In this document: positions 9,033-16,093 of the stretch, in pieces
Position numbering within the stretch: the first letter of the stretch is position 1
Layout: each line of letters starts with the position of its first letter
Source of the DNA: a virus
Taxonomy: Duplodnaviria > Caudoviricetes
Strand: one strand, 5' to 3'
DNA length: 44,585 nucleotides
IMG/VR virus record: IMGVR_UViG_3300012971_000011
Span: 1-44,585 of that record
Made by a program: the position numbers and the translations under genes
Notes under the pieces: generated by a model
Databases searched by the model: none
Told to the model about the DNA's origin: nothing
Seen by the model: only the letters and a program-made list of their open reading frames with translations

Positions 9033-9180
9033 GGGGGAAGGAGGTGCCTCCCACGTCCACTCCCGTCGCTCCCTTGGGATGGACGACCCGAGGAACGTGC
9101 GATCGTGAAGAGGCGGGAGCCCGGAGACCCTCTCCGGGATGTGGGAGGCACCGTCCCCCAGGCCACCCAGACGTGGGTGG
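9033..9180. other. Structured intergenic element (nested inverted repeats), candidate ncRNA
   Basis: GGTGCCTCCCAC (9043-9054) pairs with GTGGGAGGCACC (9141-9152); inner stems and a CCACCCA/TGGGTGG hairpin. Confidence 0.5.
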
Positions 9181-9195
9181 GACACGGGTGGGTGG

Positions 9196-9255
9196 TCAGT
9201 CGGAGGCATTGTCAGTGGTCTTCTTCTTGGCTTTCTTTTTCTTGACCTTGGCCAT
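9196..9255 (-). CDS. Lys-rich micro-peptide MAKVKKKKAKKKTTDNASD
   Basis: ATG a few nt after the TerL-N stop with a GAGAGGGA RBS. Confidence 0.4.
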   Translation of the reverse strand: MAKVKKKKAKKKTTDNASD

Positions 9256-9263
9256 GGTCCCTC

Positions 9264-10052
9264 TCAGAGCGCGTCAAAGACTGCCTGCTTGAAGAAGCCG
9301 GGGTTGGCGGAGCTGACCCCGGTGAACCTGCCCCCTCCTTCCAGGGTGGGGAGGGAGGCGGAATAGGTGTCGTGGGCGAGTTCCCAGTAGGCCATCTCGT
9401 CGGCGAAGATGGCGGTCAAGGTGTACTGGCGGAGTTGATCCGCCCCCTGCGCGACGCCAATGATCTCACTCCCGATGGTGGGGTATTTGAGGCGGGCGAA
9501 GTTGTACTGGAAGGGGAGCGGCTCGATGTCGGCGGGGAGATGCTCCTCGATGAACTTGACCCGCCGAACCAGCTCCGCAGCACCCTCGCTGTCATTGAGA
9601 CCTTGCTTGCGGGAGACAAAGGCAATGGTCGATCCGGGGAAAAACCTGGCAAGCCAGCTATGGAGAGCCACCATCGTCCATGAAACCAGAACACGTCGGC
9701 TCTTGGGGACGAGGAGGCGCTTTTCATGGAGCCACCTGTTGGTGACGTGCGCGACGTAGTTCTTGCAGTGGAACTCGCACGCGCACTGGACGTCGGTCTG
9801 ATCGGGGAAGCGCCGGACCTGCTGGGAGGCCTGGTCGAGCGTCCAGCAGCACTCGATCAGGAACTTGTAGGGATCGGTGCGGTAGCGCTCGGAGCTGGAC
9901 TTCTGGAGTGCCCGGAGGCGAGCGCGGGCACGGTAGGCCATCTCGTCCGCATCGGGGAGATCGAGGTGAAAGGGATCCCCTCCCGCATCGCCGTCTGCCA
10001 CCCCAACGCTCGGCTCACCTGGGATGGGAGGCTGCACCCGAGACCTGGCCAT
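9264..10052 (-). CDS. terL: Terminase large subunit, N-terminal ATPase half
   Basis: Terminase-type Walker A region VPKSRRVLVSW, Walker B AIFADE and coupling motif GVSSANPG; ends FFKQAVFDAL-stop with no nuclease domain. Confidence 0.85.
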   Translation of the reverse strand: MARSRVQPPIPGEPSVGVADGDAGGDPFHLDLPDADEMAYRARARLRALQKSSSERYRTDPYKFLIECCWTLDQASQQVRRFPDQTDVQCACEFHCKNYVAHVTNRWLHEKRLLVPKSRRVLVSWTMVALHSWLARFFPGSTIAFVSRKQGLNDSEGAAELVRRVKFIEEHLPADIEPLPFQYNFARLKYPTIGSEIIGVAQGADQLRQYTLTAIFADEMAYWELAHDTYSASLPTLEGGGRFTGVSSANPGFFKQAVFDAL

Positions 10053-10083
10053 CCTAGGGAGCGCGTTTACACGCAAAGGGGGG

Positions 10084-10441
10084 TGCCAAGCAAGTATGGC
10101 AGGAAGGCGGGACGGGAGCCCTGACGTAAGCGGTCCCTCACAGGCCTCTCAATCGAGAGCCCCCGTCCCGCGACTCTGGTAGCACGAAGCTGCGACGGAG
10201 CGAAGCGAGGGAGCAGGGGGTGGGAGGGGTCGGCCAGCCAGGAGGGGAAGGAGGGACTAGCCCCTAAGCCTCCGACCGACCGACCCACCCCGGGGTGTGG
10301 AATGGTCTCCTTTGCCTTGGGAAGCAAGGGAGCCCTCCGGCTGTGTGGGCTGGAGGGGTGCGGTGCCACCAGTGATGGCCCCCCCTCTCTACGGGGGAGA
10401 GTGGGGAGCTGTCAAGCCCGGGAAAAAGTCAGCTCTTGGCA
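10084..10441. other. Structured intergenic element between TerS and TerL-N, candidate ncRNA or ssDNA signal
   Basis: Several hairpins (GCGGGACGGG/CCCGTCCCGC, GGGGTGGG/CCCACCCC, CCCTCCGGCT/GGCTGGAGGG), bracketed by TGCCAAG/CTTGGCA. Confidence 0.45.
10386..10415 (-). promoter_or_regulatory. Putative sigma70-type promoter upstream of TerL-N
   Basis: TTGACA-18 nt-TAGAGA on the - strand. Confidence 0.4.
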
Positions 10442-10450
10442 TGCGTGCTT

Positions 10451-11134
10451 CTACTCATCGGAGGAGGGAAAGACGGTCGGCTCGGCGAGGGGACCGGTGA
10501 CGGGGGTGACGTCGAGGACCGCCTCGCTCGGCTTGGGGACCCGGGGAGCAGGCAGGAAGGCTCTCAAGACTTCTCTGAATCTTGCGGGCCAGACCCGGTG
10601 CTCCGCCAGGTCCTCAAGTTCCTTGGCCGTCATCTGCTCGATCACGCGGTCTGGGGTGGTGATCTCGATCCGCTTCGGAGGCTCGACCCCAGCCAACTGC
10701 AGCACGGTCTTGTTGGCGTGCAAGCGAGTGCGCGGATCTCGCTCGGTCTCCGACTGGCGGATGATCCGCCGCATGGCCTCGGGCGCCGCCGCCTTCGCGA
10801 GCGTGACGGGCTCGTACTCCCCCTGCATGGTGATGCGATGGAGGAGCCCCTTCTCGATCTCGGCCTGCACCTGGAGGAACCTGGGTCGTCGGATGCGCTC
10901 CCTGACCTCGACGATCGGCCTTCCCACATCTTCCGCGATGGCCTGATCCGAGAGCCCGGCGAAGCGCAGATGCAGCAGCCGATAATCGACGGGCTCCAGG
11001 ACCTCCGCGACGGGTCCCGCTTTGCCGAAGAGGACATGGGCTCGCTTCGCCGACATCCCCGGCCCGGTCTCCGCCGCCATCGGCCCCAAGTACGGCTCCC
11101 CCGGACGTGCCGCCAACCAGAGCGGTGCTCTCAT
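10451..11134 (-). CDS. Putative terminase small subunit
   Basis: HTH-like GLSDQAIAEDVGRP followed by a helical oligomerisation-like region; immediately upstream of TerL-N. Confidence 0.6.
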   Translation of the reverse strand: MRAPLWLAARPGEPYLGPMAAETGPGMSAKRAHVLFGKAGPVAEVLEPVDYRLLHLRFAGLSDQAIAEDVGRPIVEVRERIRRPRFLQVQAEIEKGLLHRITMQGEYEPVTLAKAAAPEAMRRIIRQSETERDPRTRLHANKTVLQLAGVEPPKRIEITTPDRVIEQMTAKELEDLAEHRVWPARFREVLRAFLPAPRVPKPSEAVLDVTPVTGPLAEPTVFPSSDE

Positions 11135-11304
11135 CCCTCAGCCTCCACGGGAACTTTGAGATCGAGTTCGGCGAGCCCCGCGTAGGCGCAGCGTGAGCAG
11201 AGCACGGTCCCGTCGACGACCTCGCCGTTGCGGAGCCGGTAGACGACGACCTTGGTCGTCCCCTTCTCCCGCTCGCACCGATCACACGTTCCGTTGTGGC
11301 TCAT
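11131..11304 (-). CDS. Small zinc-finger protein (57 aa)
   Basis: MSHNGTCDRC..LCSRC; GAGG RBS; overlaps the next start. Confidence 0.55.
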   Translation of the reverse strand: MSHNGTCDRCEREKGTTKVVVYRLRNGEVVDGTVLCSRCAYAGLAELDLKVPVEAEG

Positions 11305-11321
11305 GCCTCACCTCTCGCAGA

Positions 11322-11549
11322 TCACCTGTACCTGACGTGCCGCTTCTCGCCTAGCTTGGTGAGGGTCCGCGTGTACACGCGGTTGATCCTCCACCAGCGC
11401 TCGATCGGCATGGGCTCCCCTCCCTCCAGGGATCGAAGGTGGTCCTCGAACATCCCGAGGCGGGCAGCGGCGTAGCGCAGGGACCAGCCGAGGCGGGCGC
11501 GGAGGGCGCGGAGCTGGGACCCCATCTGGACGATGCGGCGATCAGGCAT
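11322..11549 (-). CDS. XRE/Cro-like helix-turn-helix protein (75 aa)
   Basis: GSQLRALRARLGWSLRYAAARLGMFEDHLRSLEGG fits the HTH_XRE pattern. Confidence 0.7.
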   Translation of the reverse strand: MPDRRIVQMGSQLRALRARLGWSLRYAAARLGMFEDHLRSLEGGEPMPIERWWRINRVYTRTLTKLGEKRHVRYR

Positions 11550-11679
11550 CGTCCTCACGCTCCTCCTCGGTGAGGCACTCCCAGTGCGCTGGACTGCCAG
11601 TTGCGGTGTCGAAGATGTCGCCGTGGATGGGGAGCCCACAGCGCCAGCAGGTGAGGGTGTCGGTGGCGCGCTGCGTCAC
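11542..11679 (-). CDS. Small Cys/His protein (45 aa)
   Basis: MTQRATDTLTCWRCGLPI..HWEC; first gene after the 11686-11715 promoter. Confidence 0.45.
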   Translation of the reverse strand: MTQRATDTLTCWRCGLPIHGDIFDTATGSPAHWECLTEEEREDDA

Positions 11680-11685
11680 GGGCCG

Positions 11686-11715
11686 GAGCTAGCATGGTAG
11701 GGAGGACCCTGTCAA
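11686..11715 (-). promoter_or_regulatory. Promoter for the packaging/structural arm, containing the conserved CTACCATG box
   Basis: TTGACA-gggtcctccCTACCATGC-TAGCTC. Confidence 0.55.
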
Positions 11716-11938
11716 CTGGACTGTATGAGAGCTGGTTTGGGGGAGGGACTCAGCGCGGCAGAGGAGATACCCGCGCCGAGGACGGCGCGGGGGCGCGGAG
11801 CCAGCAAGCTATCATGTTAGACGTTCACTGTATGCTTTCTAGCGGGCTAGCTGCTGCTAGAAATCTTGCGGGCTGGCTGGGGATTGATCGCATTCTGAGG
11901 GAGGGTGATTCCCGCTAGCTTGCTAGGGCCAGCTAGAC

Positions 11939-11968
11939 AAAAAAGGGGGCGACCCGAAGGCCGCCCCC
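11939..11968 (-). terminator. Rho-independent terminator
   Basis: GGGGGCGGCC-TTCG-GGTCGCCCCC-TTTTTT on the - strand, just after the 11982 stop. Confidence 0.9.
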
Positions 11969-11981
11969 GCGTACTAGCTGG

Positions 11982-12098
11982 CTAGCCAGCCATCAAGCCG
12001 AGCGGAATGTGCATGGCGTTGGTGAGGTGGAGTACCGTCCAAAGGACGACGACCAGAACGATCGCAGCCTGAAACCCGAAGCGGATCTTTGCTAGCAT
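11982..12098 (-). CDS. Small membrane peptide (38 aa)
   Basis: MLAKIRFGFQAAIVLVVVLWTVLHLTNAMHIPLGLMAG; GGGGAG RBS. Confidence 0.5.
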   Translation of the reverse strand: MLAKIRFGFQAAIVLVVVLWTVLHLTNAMHIPLGLMAG

Positions 12099-12099
12099 G

Positions 12100-12327
12100 T
12101 TAGTTGCTCCCCTTGATCGCTGCCAGGCAGCGTGCCTCGGTGGTGATCTCCTCGCGCTTGACGCCGGCCAGGATGACGCGAATCACGCAACCGTCGCCCG
12201 GGTAGCCCGCGACATATCCCCACCGTCCGATGTGCTCGCCTTCGACGATGGCGACCCGTTGCCCCGTCCAGAATCCCCCGGCTTCCTGCTCCAGACCCTT
12301 GATGAACTTGTGAGTTAGCTTTTGCAT
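12100..12327 (-). CDS. Stand-alone KOW/SH3-like domain protein
   Basis: GQRVAIVEGEHIGRWGYV KOW pattern; AGGAGG RBS; paralogue of 13820-14023. Confidence 0.65.
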   Translation of the reverse strand: MQKLTHKFIKGLEQEAGGFWTGQRVAIVEGEHIGRWGYVAGYPGDGCVIRVILAGVKREEITTEARCLAAIKGSN

Positions 12328-12339
12328 TTTCCTAGCCTC

Positions 12340-12417
12340 CTAGATGTCCGACCCAAAGCCGGAGAAAGCGGACGACAGAATGAGCATGGCGACCAGCGCG
12401 AGGTGCAGGTAAGCCAT
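12340..12417 (-). CDS. Hydrophobic micro-peptide (25 aa)
   Basis: MAYLHLALVAMLILSSAFSGFGSDI; TAATG coupling with the upstream gene. Confidence 0.4.
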   Translation of the reverse strand: MAYLHLALVAMLILSSAFSGFGSDI

Positions 12418-12689
12418 TACCCGTCACCTAGCTCTGAGCCGTAGCGAGAGCAGAGAATGCATCCCAACGCGAAGTAGAGAACGAAGACGCCGAGACATGC
12501 GAGGTTCGCGCCGGTGAAACCATTCCCTGTCGCAACCAGCATGAGGCCAAAGGCCAGAGGGATGGCGCACGGGATGAGATTCCCCAGGGAGCGCCGAATT
12601 GCCGCGCCATGCTCGTAGACTGCCGTTCCCCAGAACGGAAACGAAGCCCACGCGACAACGAAGATTAAACCTAGGAAGTTAGCCATCAT
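12417..12689 (-). CDS. Multi-TM membrane protein (90 aa)
   Basis: Three hydrophobic segments; AAGGAG RBS. Confidence 0.6.
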   Translation of the reverse strand: MMANFLGLIFVVAWASFPFWGTAVYEHGAAIRRSLGNLIPCAIPLAFGLMLVATGNGFTGANLACLGVFVLYFALGCILCSRYGSELGDG

Positions 12690-12696
12690 TCTCTCC

Positions 12697-12828
12697 TTAG
12701 CGGGAAACGATCCAGTAACCGAACCAGTGTCCGAGAACGACCATCGCGATGGGGAATCCGTGTTCCGCTGCGATCAGCACTACGAACTCCCGCCCCCAAT
12801 GTGCCCACGCCTTCTTGAGATGCCTCAT
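12697..12828 (-). CDS. Small hydrophobic protein (43 aa)
   Basis: MRHLKKAWAHWGREFVVLI..; GGAAGGAAGGGACTAGAG leader nearly identical to that of 14106. Confidence 0.5.
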   Translation of the reverse strand: MRHLKKAWAHWGREFVVLIAAEHGFPIAMVVLGHWFGYWIVSR

Positions 12829-12904
12829 CTCTAGTCCCTTCCTTCCGGCATTGATCGGCGGTAGCGCCGTGCCCCGTCGCAATGCCTGTCTGATTCACAC
12901 GCCG

Positions 12905-12934
12905 AAGCTACCACGGTTGCGAGGGTAGCTGCAA
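12905..12934 (-). promoter_or_regulatory. Putative promoter/operator of the leftward mini-operon
   Basis: TTGCAG..GCAACCGTGG-TAGCTT; contains a variant of the GCTACCAYGGT box. Confidence 0.4.
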
Positions 12935-13043
12935 GGGGAAGGTGGAACGCGCGCGAAGCACAAACCGTGCCATCGGCAACCTGGCCAGCAGCATTTCTAG
13001 CTGGTTTTGCTCTCTAGCTTGCGATTTCGGTCATGTTTTCTTG

Positions 13044-13092
13044 CTAGCTGGCTAAGAATTGCTTAATTTCTAGCTGGCTGGCTAAGAATTGC
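13044..13092. repeat. Direct repeat CTAGCTGG(CTGG)CTAAGAATTGC x2
   Basis: Copies start at 13044 and 13070. Confidence 0.75.
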
Positions 13093-13147
13093 AAGATTTC
13101 TAGCGCCTGCGCTCGCGCGGCGGCCCGCTCGGCGCCTGGGCTCTCCC

Positions 13148-13215
13148 GGACAGTACTGCTCGGACAGTACTGGCTCGGACAGTACCGCGTGGACAGTACT
13201 GCGCCGGACAGTACC
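13148..13215. repeat. Five tandem GGACAGTAC(T/C) iteron-like repeats
   Basis: Starts at 13148, 13162, 13177, 13191 and 13206. Confidence 0.9.
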
Positions 13216-13545
13216 GGGCTGCTAGAAAGAATGCGGGCGATTTCCCGCAAGCCAGACAGCGGGCTGGAAGTAGCGGACGCCGCACGGCGCGCGGAGAGCT
13301 GCTACCACGGTAGCGCTCACCACAGAAGCCCCGGACGTTCGCACAACACGTACCACGCCGGGAAATCGTGATTCTTCTGCGAGCCTCAGCACTTGGGGCC
13401 GGTTGTCTTGTTCCTGCCCCCGGAGCCCGTATTCGACCGCACGCTTTTTGTTACCCGTTTTGTTGTACGCGCCGAGGGTAACAACCTAAGCCCCTGGAAA
13501 GATTCGCCCTGTGCAAAAACTTTCGCCTTTTCTTCTCCTCCCCTT

Positions 13546-13601
13546 CCACACCCACACACACACACACCACACACACACACACACCAACACCCACCAAACC
13601 C
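13546..13601. repeat. C/A-only low-complexity tract
   Basis: CCACACCCACACACACACACCACACACACACACACACCAACACCCACCAAACC, preceded by a pyrimidine tract. Confidence 0.9.
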
Positions 13602-13768
13602 TTGCGAGAGTTGGTGTTACCCGTGTTGGCACAACGTTACCCGCCAACAGATTGCGCGGTCGAACATAGAGGCTTCCCCGGAGCGCGGACAGCAACGGCC
13701 TAACTCCCGAGATTCCCTGCTGAATCATGCAAAAACACGCCCGGCAACGTTGGCAACGTTCCCCAGCC

Positions 13769-13797
13769 TTGACTTTTGATGCTACCATGGTTAAACG
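13769..13797 (+). promoter_or_regulatory. Early promoter P1 with GCTACCATGGT box
   Basis: TTGACT-tttgatGCTACCATGGT-TAAACG, followed by an AGGAGG RBS. Confidence 0.65.
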
Positions 13798-13819
13798 AGA
13801 GATCAGGAGGGACTAGCGA

Positions 13820-14023
13820 ATGGCTGAGACGACAACGGTGGCGCGCGAGGCGACTGGGTGGTGGGCTGGGGATCGCGTCGCGGTGCTCGGGGGGCCTCAT
13901 CTGGGGCGCTGGGGCATCGTGGATGGGGTGCGCCCGGATGGCCAGGTCGTGGTGCGCCTGGTCGGTCGCAAGCGCCCGGTCAGGGTGACCGACTGGCACC
14001 TGGCCCGCATGCGGCTGCAGTAG
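13820..14023 (+). CDS. Stand-alone KOW (NusG-CTD-like) protein
   Basis: GDRVAVLGGPHLGRWGIVDGV..VVVRLVGRKRPVRV resembles the NusG KOW pattern. Confidence 0.7.
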   Translation: MAETTTVAREATGWWAGDRVAVLGGPHLGRWGIVDGVRPDGQVVVRLVGRKRPVRVTDWHLARMRLQ

Positions 14024-14044
14024 GGCTATGGCACAGGCCTGGGC

Positions 14045-14072
14045 TTGACTTACGCGCTACCATGGTTAGGTT
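14045..14072 (+). promoter_or_regulatory. Early promoter P2
   Basis: TTGACT-tacgcGCTACCATGGT-TAGGTT. Confidence 0.7.
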
Positions 14073-14105
14073 GTTTACACGACAACGGAAGGAAGGGACT
14101 AGAGA

Positions 14106-14771
14106 ATGTTGACACATGAACAGTTCGTCCATCGCGTGCGGGACCTGGCCGTGGCCAGGCTGCCGGAGGGCGAGGACAAGACACGCCTGGAGACCGCGAA
14201 GCTGGTCTACGGGCTCGGGGCGCCGGGGCTGCGCGGAGTCACCGTGTTCGGCACCTGGCAGAACGGGACCAAGCACACCGACGGCACGCCGAAGCCGGAG
14301 GACTTCATCGAGGTCTGCGCGGCTGGCGAGGAGAACAGGGTGCAGCTCGCGGGCACGACCGTGCATGAGCTGGCGCACTGCCTGGCGGGGCACAAGGCTG
14401 GGCATTCCAAGGAGTGGAAGGACGCGTGCGCGCGGCTCGGGCTCCGGAACGCCATGGCGGCGGGGCATCGCTACCACATGGCGGGGTTTGAGCCGAAGCT
14501 GCGGGAGCAGATCGCCGGGCTCGACATCGTCGATGGCAAGCCGGCGTTCGGGCTGCTCGGGACGGGAGGGATCCTGATCCCCGTCAAGCCGCGTCCGTGC
14601 TCGCTCGGGTACGGGACCAGGGGGGGACGGAGCCGGGGGCGTGGCTCGGGCTCCAGGCAGCGGAAGTGGGTGTGCCAGTGCGCACCCCGTCCGCAGATCG
14701 TGCGAGCTGCAACGAACGATCTCCGGGCGCACTGCGACGTCTGTCACTGTGCGTTTACACGCGCGGACTGA
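14106..14771 (+). CDS. SprT-like zinc metalloprotease domain protein with C-terminal Zn ribbon
   Basis: VHELAH..GHSKEWK motif; C-terminal CQC and CDVC. Confidence 0.75.
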   Translation: MLTHEQFVHRVRDLAVARLPEGEDKTRLETAKLVYGLGAPGLRGVTVFGTWQNGTKHTDGTPKPEDFIEVCAAGEENRVQLAGTTVHELAHCLAGHKAGHSKEWKDACARLGLRNAMAAGHRYHMAGFEPKLREQIAGLDIVDGKPAFGLLGTGGILIPVKPRPCSLGYGTRGGRSRGRGSGSRQRKWVCQCAPRPQIVRAATNDLRAHCDVCHCAFTRAD

Positions 14772-14805
14772 CCACCAGGCACCAGGGGGGCGTGCGATGC
14801 CCCCC

Positions 14806-14833
14806 TTGACTTCTGAGATACCATGGTTAAGAT
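14806..14833 (+). promoter_or_regulatory. Early promoter P3
   Basis: TTGACT-tctgagaTACCATGGT-TAAGAT, preceded by a GGGGGGC/GCCCCCC hairpin. Confidence 0.7.
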
Positions 14834-14861
14834 GATAGCAACGAAGGAGGGACTGACCGAG

Positions 14862-15098
14862 ATGAAGGCAACTGAGTACACGACGACACCGCAGCGGATC
14901 CAGACGAGCATCGCAGAGCGTGCAAACGCGCTGGGGCTCCAGGTGATCATGTTGACCACCGTCCAGCATCGCGTGCCGACGTACTTGTTCTATCGCGACG
15001 GCGCGCCGCTGGGGTACGTGCAGTCGAACGCGTTGGCGTGGCTGGCTGGGTACGCGGCGGGTGAGCTGCATGAGCTGCGCCGGGGGAGGGTCGGATGA
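14862..15098 (+). CDS. Hypothetical early protein
   Basis: MKATEYTTT start after AAGGAGG. Confidence 0.65.
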   Translation: MKATEYTTTPQRIQTSIAERANALGLQVIMLTTVQHRVPTYLFYRDGAPLGYVQSNALAWLAGYAAGELHELRRGRVG

Positions 15099-15274
15099 CC
15101 GGGGACACCAGGTGCGCGTGCGGCTCGGGCAACGAGAGACACGCGCTCTACGATGGCTACGGGATCTTCCTCTGCTACGCCTGCGCGGCGTGCGAGGAGC
15201 GACGGCTCCGGGGCTACCGCTCGGACATCATGGAGCGCTACGACTGTGATGAGCCGATCGAGGAGGATGAGTGA
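15095..15274 (+). CDS. Small Cys-rich protein (SEC-C-like CxCGSG motif)
   Basis: MTGDTRCACGSG..LCYACAACEE; ATGA overlap with the upstream gene. Confidence 0.6.
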   Translation: MTGDTRCACGSGNERHALYDGYGIFLCYACAACEERRLRGYRSDIMERYDCDEPIEEDE

Positions 15275-15276
15275 CC

Positions 15277-15453
15277 ATGCGACGAAAGACGATGCGGGCC
15301 TTCATCCGGGAGCACCGCGCCGAGCTGGACCAGGCCATTTACCGCGTGCTCGCGCCGCACCGCCCACGCTTGAACGACAAGGAGCGGGCGGAGTGGGTCG
15401 CGAACGACGAGAGTCTCTATCTCTGGGCACGCGAGGAAGGGGTGCGGGTATGA
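15277..15453 (+). CDS. Hypothetical early protein
   Basis: MRRKTMRAFIREHRAELD..NDESLYLWAR; GAGGA RBS. Confidence 0.6.
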   Translation: MRRKTMRAFIREHRAELDQAIYRVLAPHRPRLNDKERAEWVANDESLYLWAREEGVRV

Positions 15454-15716
15454 TCTTCCTGCGTTTCAACGCGGACGACGGCTCCGTGTACGTCTTCGCC
15501 GGTGAGCGGGGCGCGATCCTGGAGGACACCAAGGACGGGACGGAGTTCGGCTTCGTCCGCTTCACCGGCCATCGCCTCGCCACCGACCAGGAGGTGCGGG
15601 AGATCGGCTTCAAGTACTACGACGACGCTGTCAAGATGGCACGCGCCTATGGTGGGAGCTATCTTGTTGGCATTCTGAATCCGGACGGGAAGCCGTCCGA
15701 GTGGAGGGGAGCATGA
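15450..15716 (+). CDS. Hypothetical early protein
   Basis: MIFLRFNADDG start overlapping the previous stop. Confidence 0.6.
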   Translation: MIFLRFNADDGSVYVFAGERGAILEDTKDGTEFGFVRFTGHRLATDQEVREIGFKYYDDAVKMARAYGGSYLVGILNPDGKPSEWRGA

Positions 15717-16093
15717 CGACGAAGCGAGAGCAGGAGCTGGCGGACGAGCGCGGATACCTCGCGCACTGGGAGGGTGGCTTCGCGGGGACGCGGCGCCTCC
15801 GGACGGTCAGGGAGCGGACGGAGCGCGCGAGCGAGCAGGCCTACGTGGTCAACCCCGGGGGCAGCGTCGTCGAGCTACCGCGTTCACACGCGTTTCCGAC
15901 AGTACAGGAGCTGGAGGAGGCGATCCACGGGGAGCCGGCGTTCCTGGAGCTGGAGGGGCATCAGGGGCTCACCTTGGTCTACGCCGAGGAGAGCTGGGAC
16001 CAGCGACCGAGGCGCAACGTCAGGGCGAGCGAGATGGCCGGGAAGGACATCTACGGGCCGGTCGTCGTGCTCTCGCGCCGCGTGCGGCCTTGA
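15713..16093 (+). CDS. Hypothetical protein, C-terminus resembling DUF3846
   Basis: TVQELEEAIHG..YAEE..NVRAS..DIYGPVVV pattern. Confidence 0.55.
   Translation: MTTKREQELADERGYLAHWEGGFAGTRRLRTVRERTERASEQAYVVNPGGSVVELPRSHAFPTVQELEEAIHGEPAFLELEGHQGLTLVYAEESWDQRPRRNVRASEMAGKDIYGPVVVLSRRVRP

Noticed and set aside
4061-10052. Split intein or group I intron joining the TerL halves
   Set aside because: No intein N-terminal Cys block or C-terminal HN motif; both halves have their own start and stop; no recognisable intron core. Kept only as a test in the finding.
9033-10441. tRNA genes in the structured intergenic regions
   Set aside because: No cloverleaf with T-loop GTTCRA and acceptor stem found by eye.
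13148-13215. Mini CRISPR array (given the Cas4-like gene)
   Set aside because: Repeats of 9-10 bp and linkers of 5-6 bp are far too short; the Cas4-like gene sits in a recombination module.
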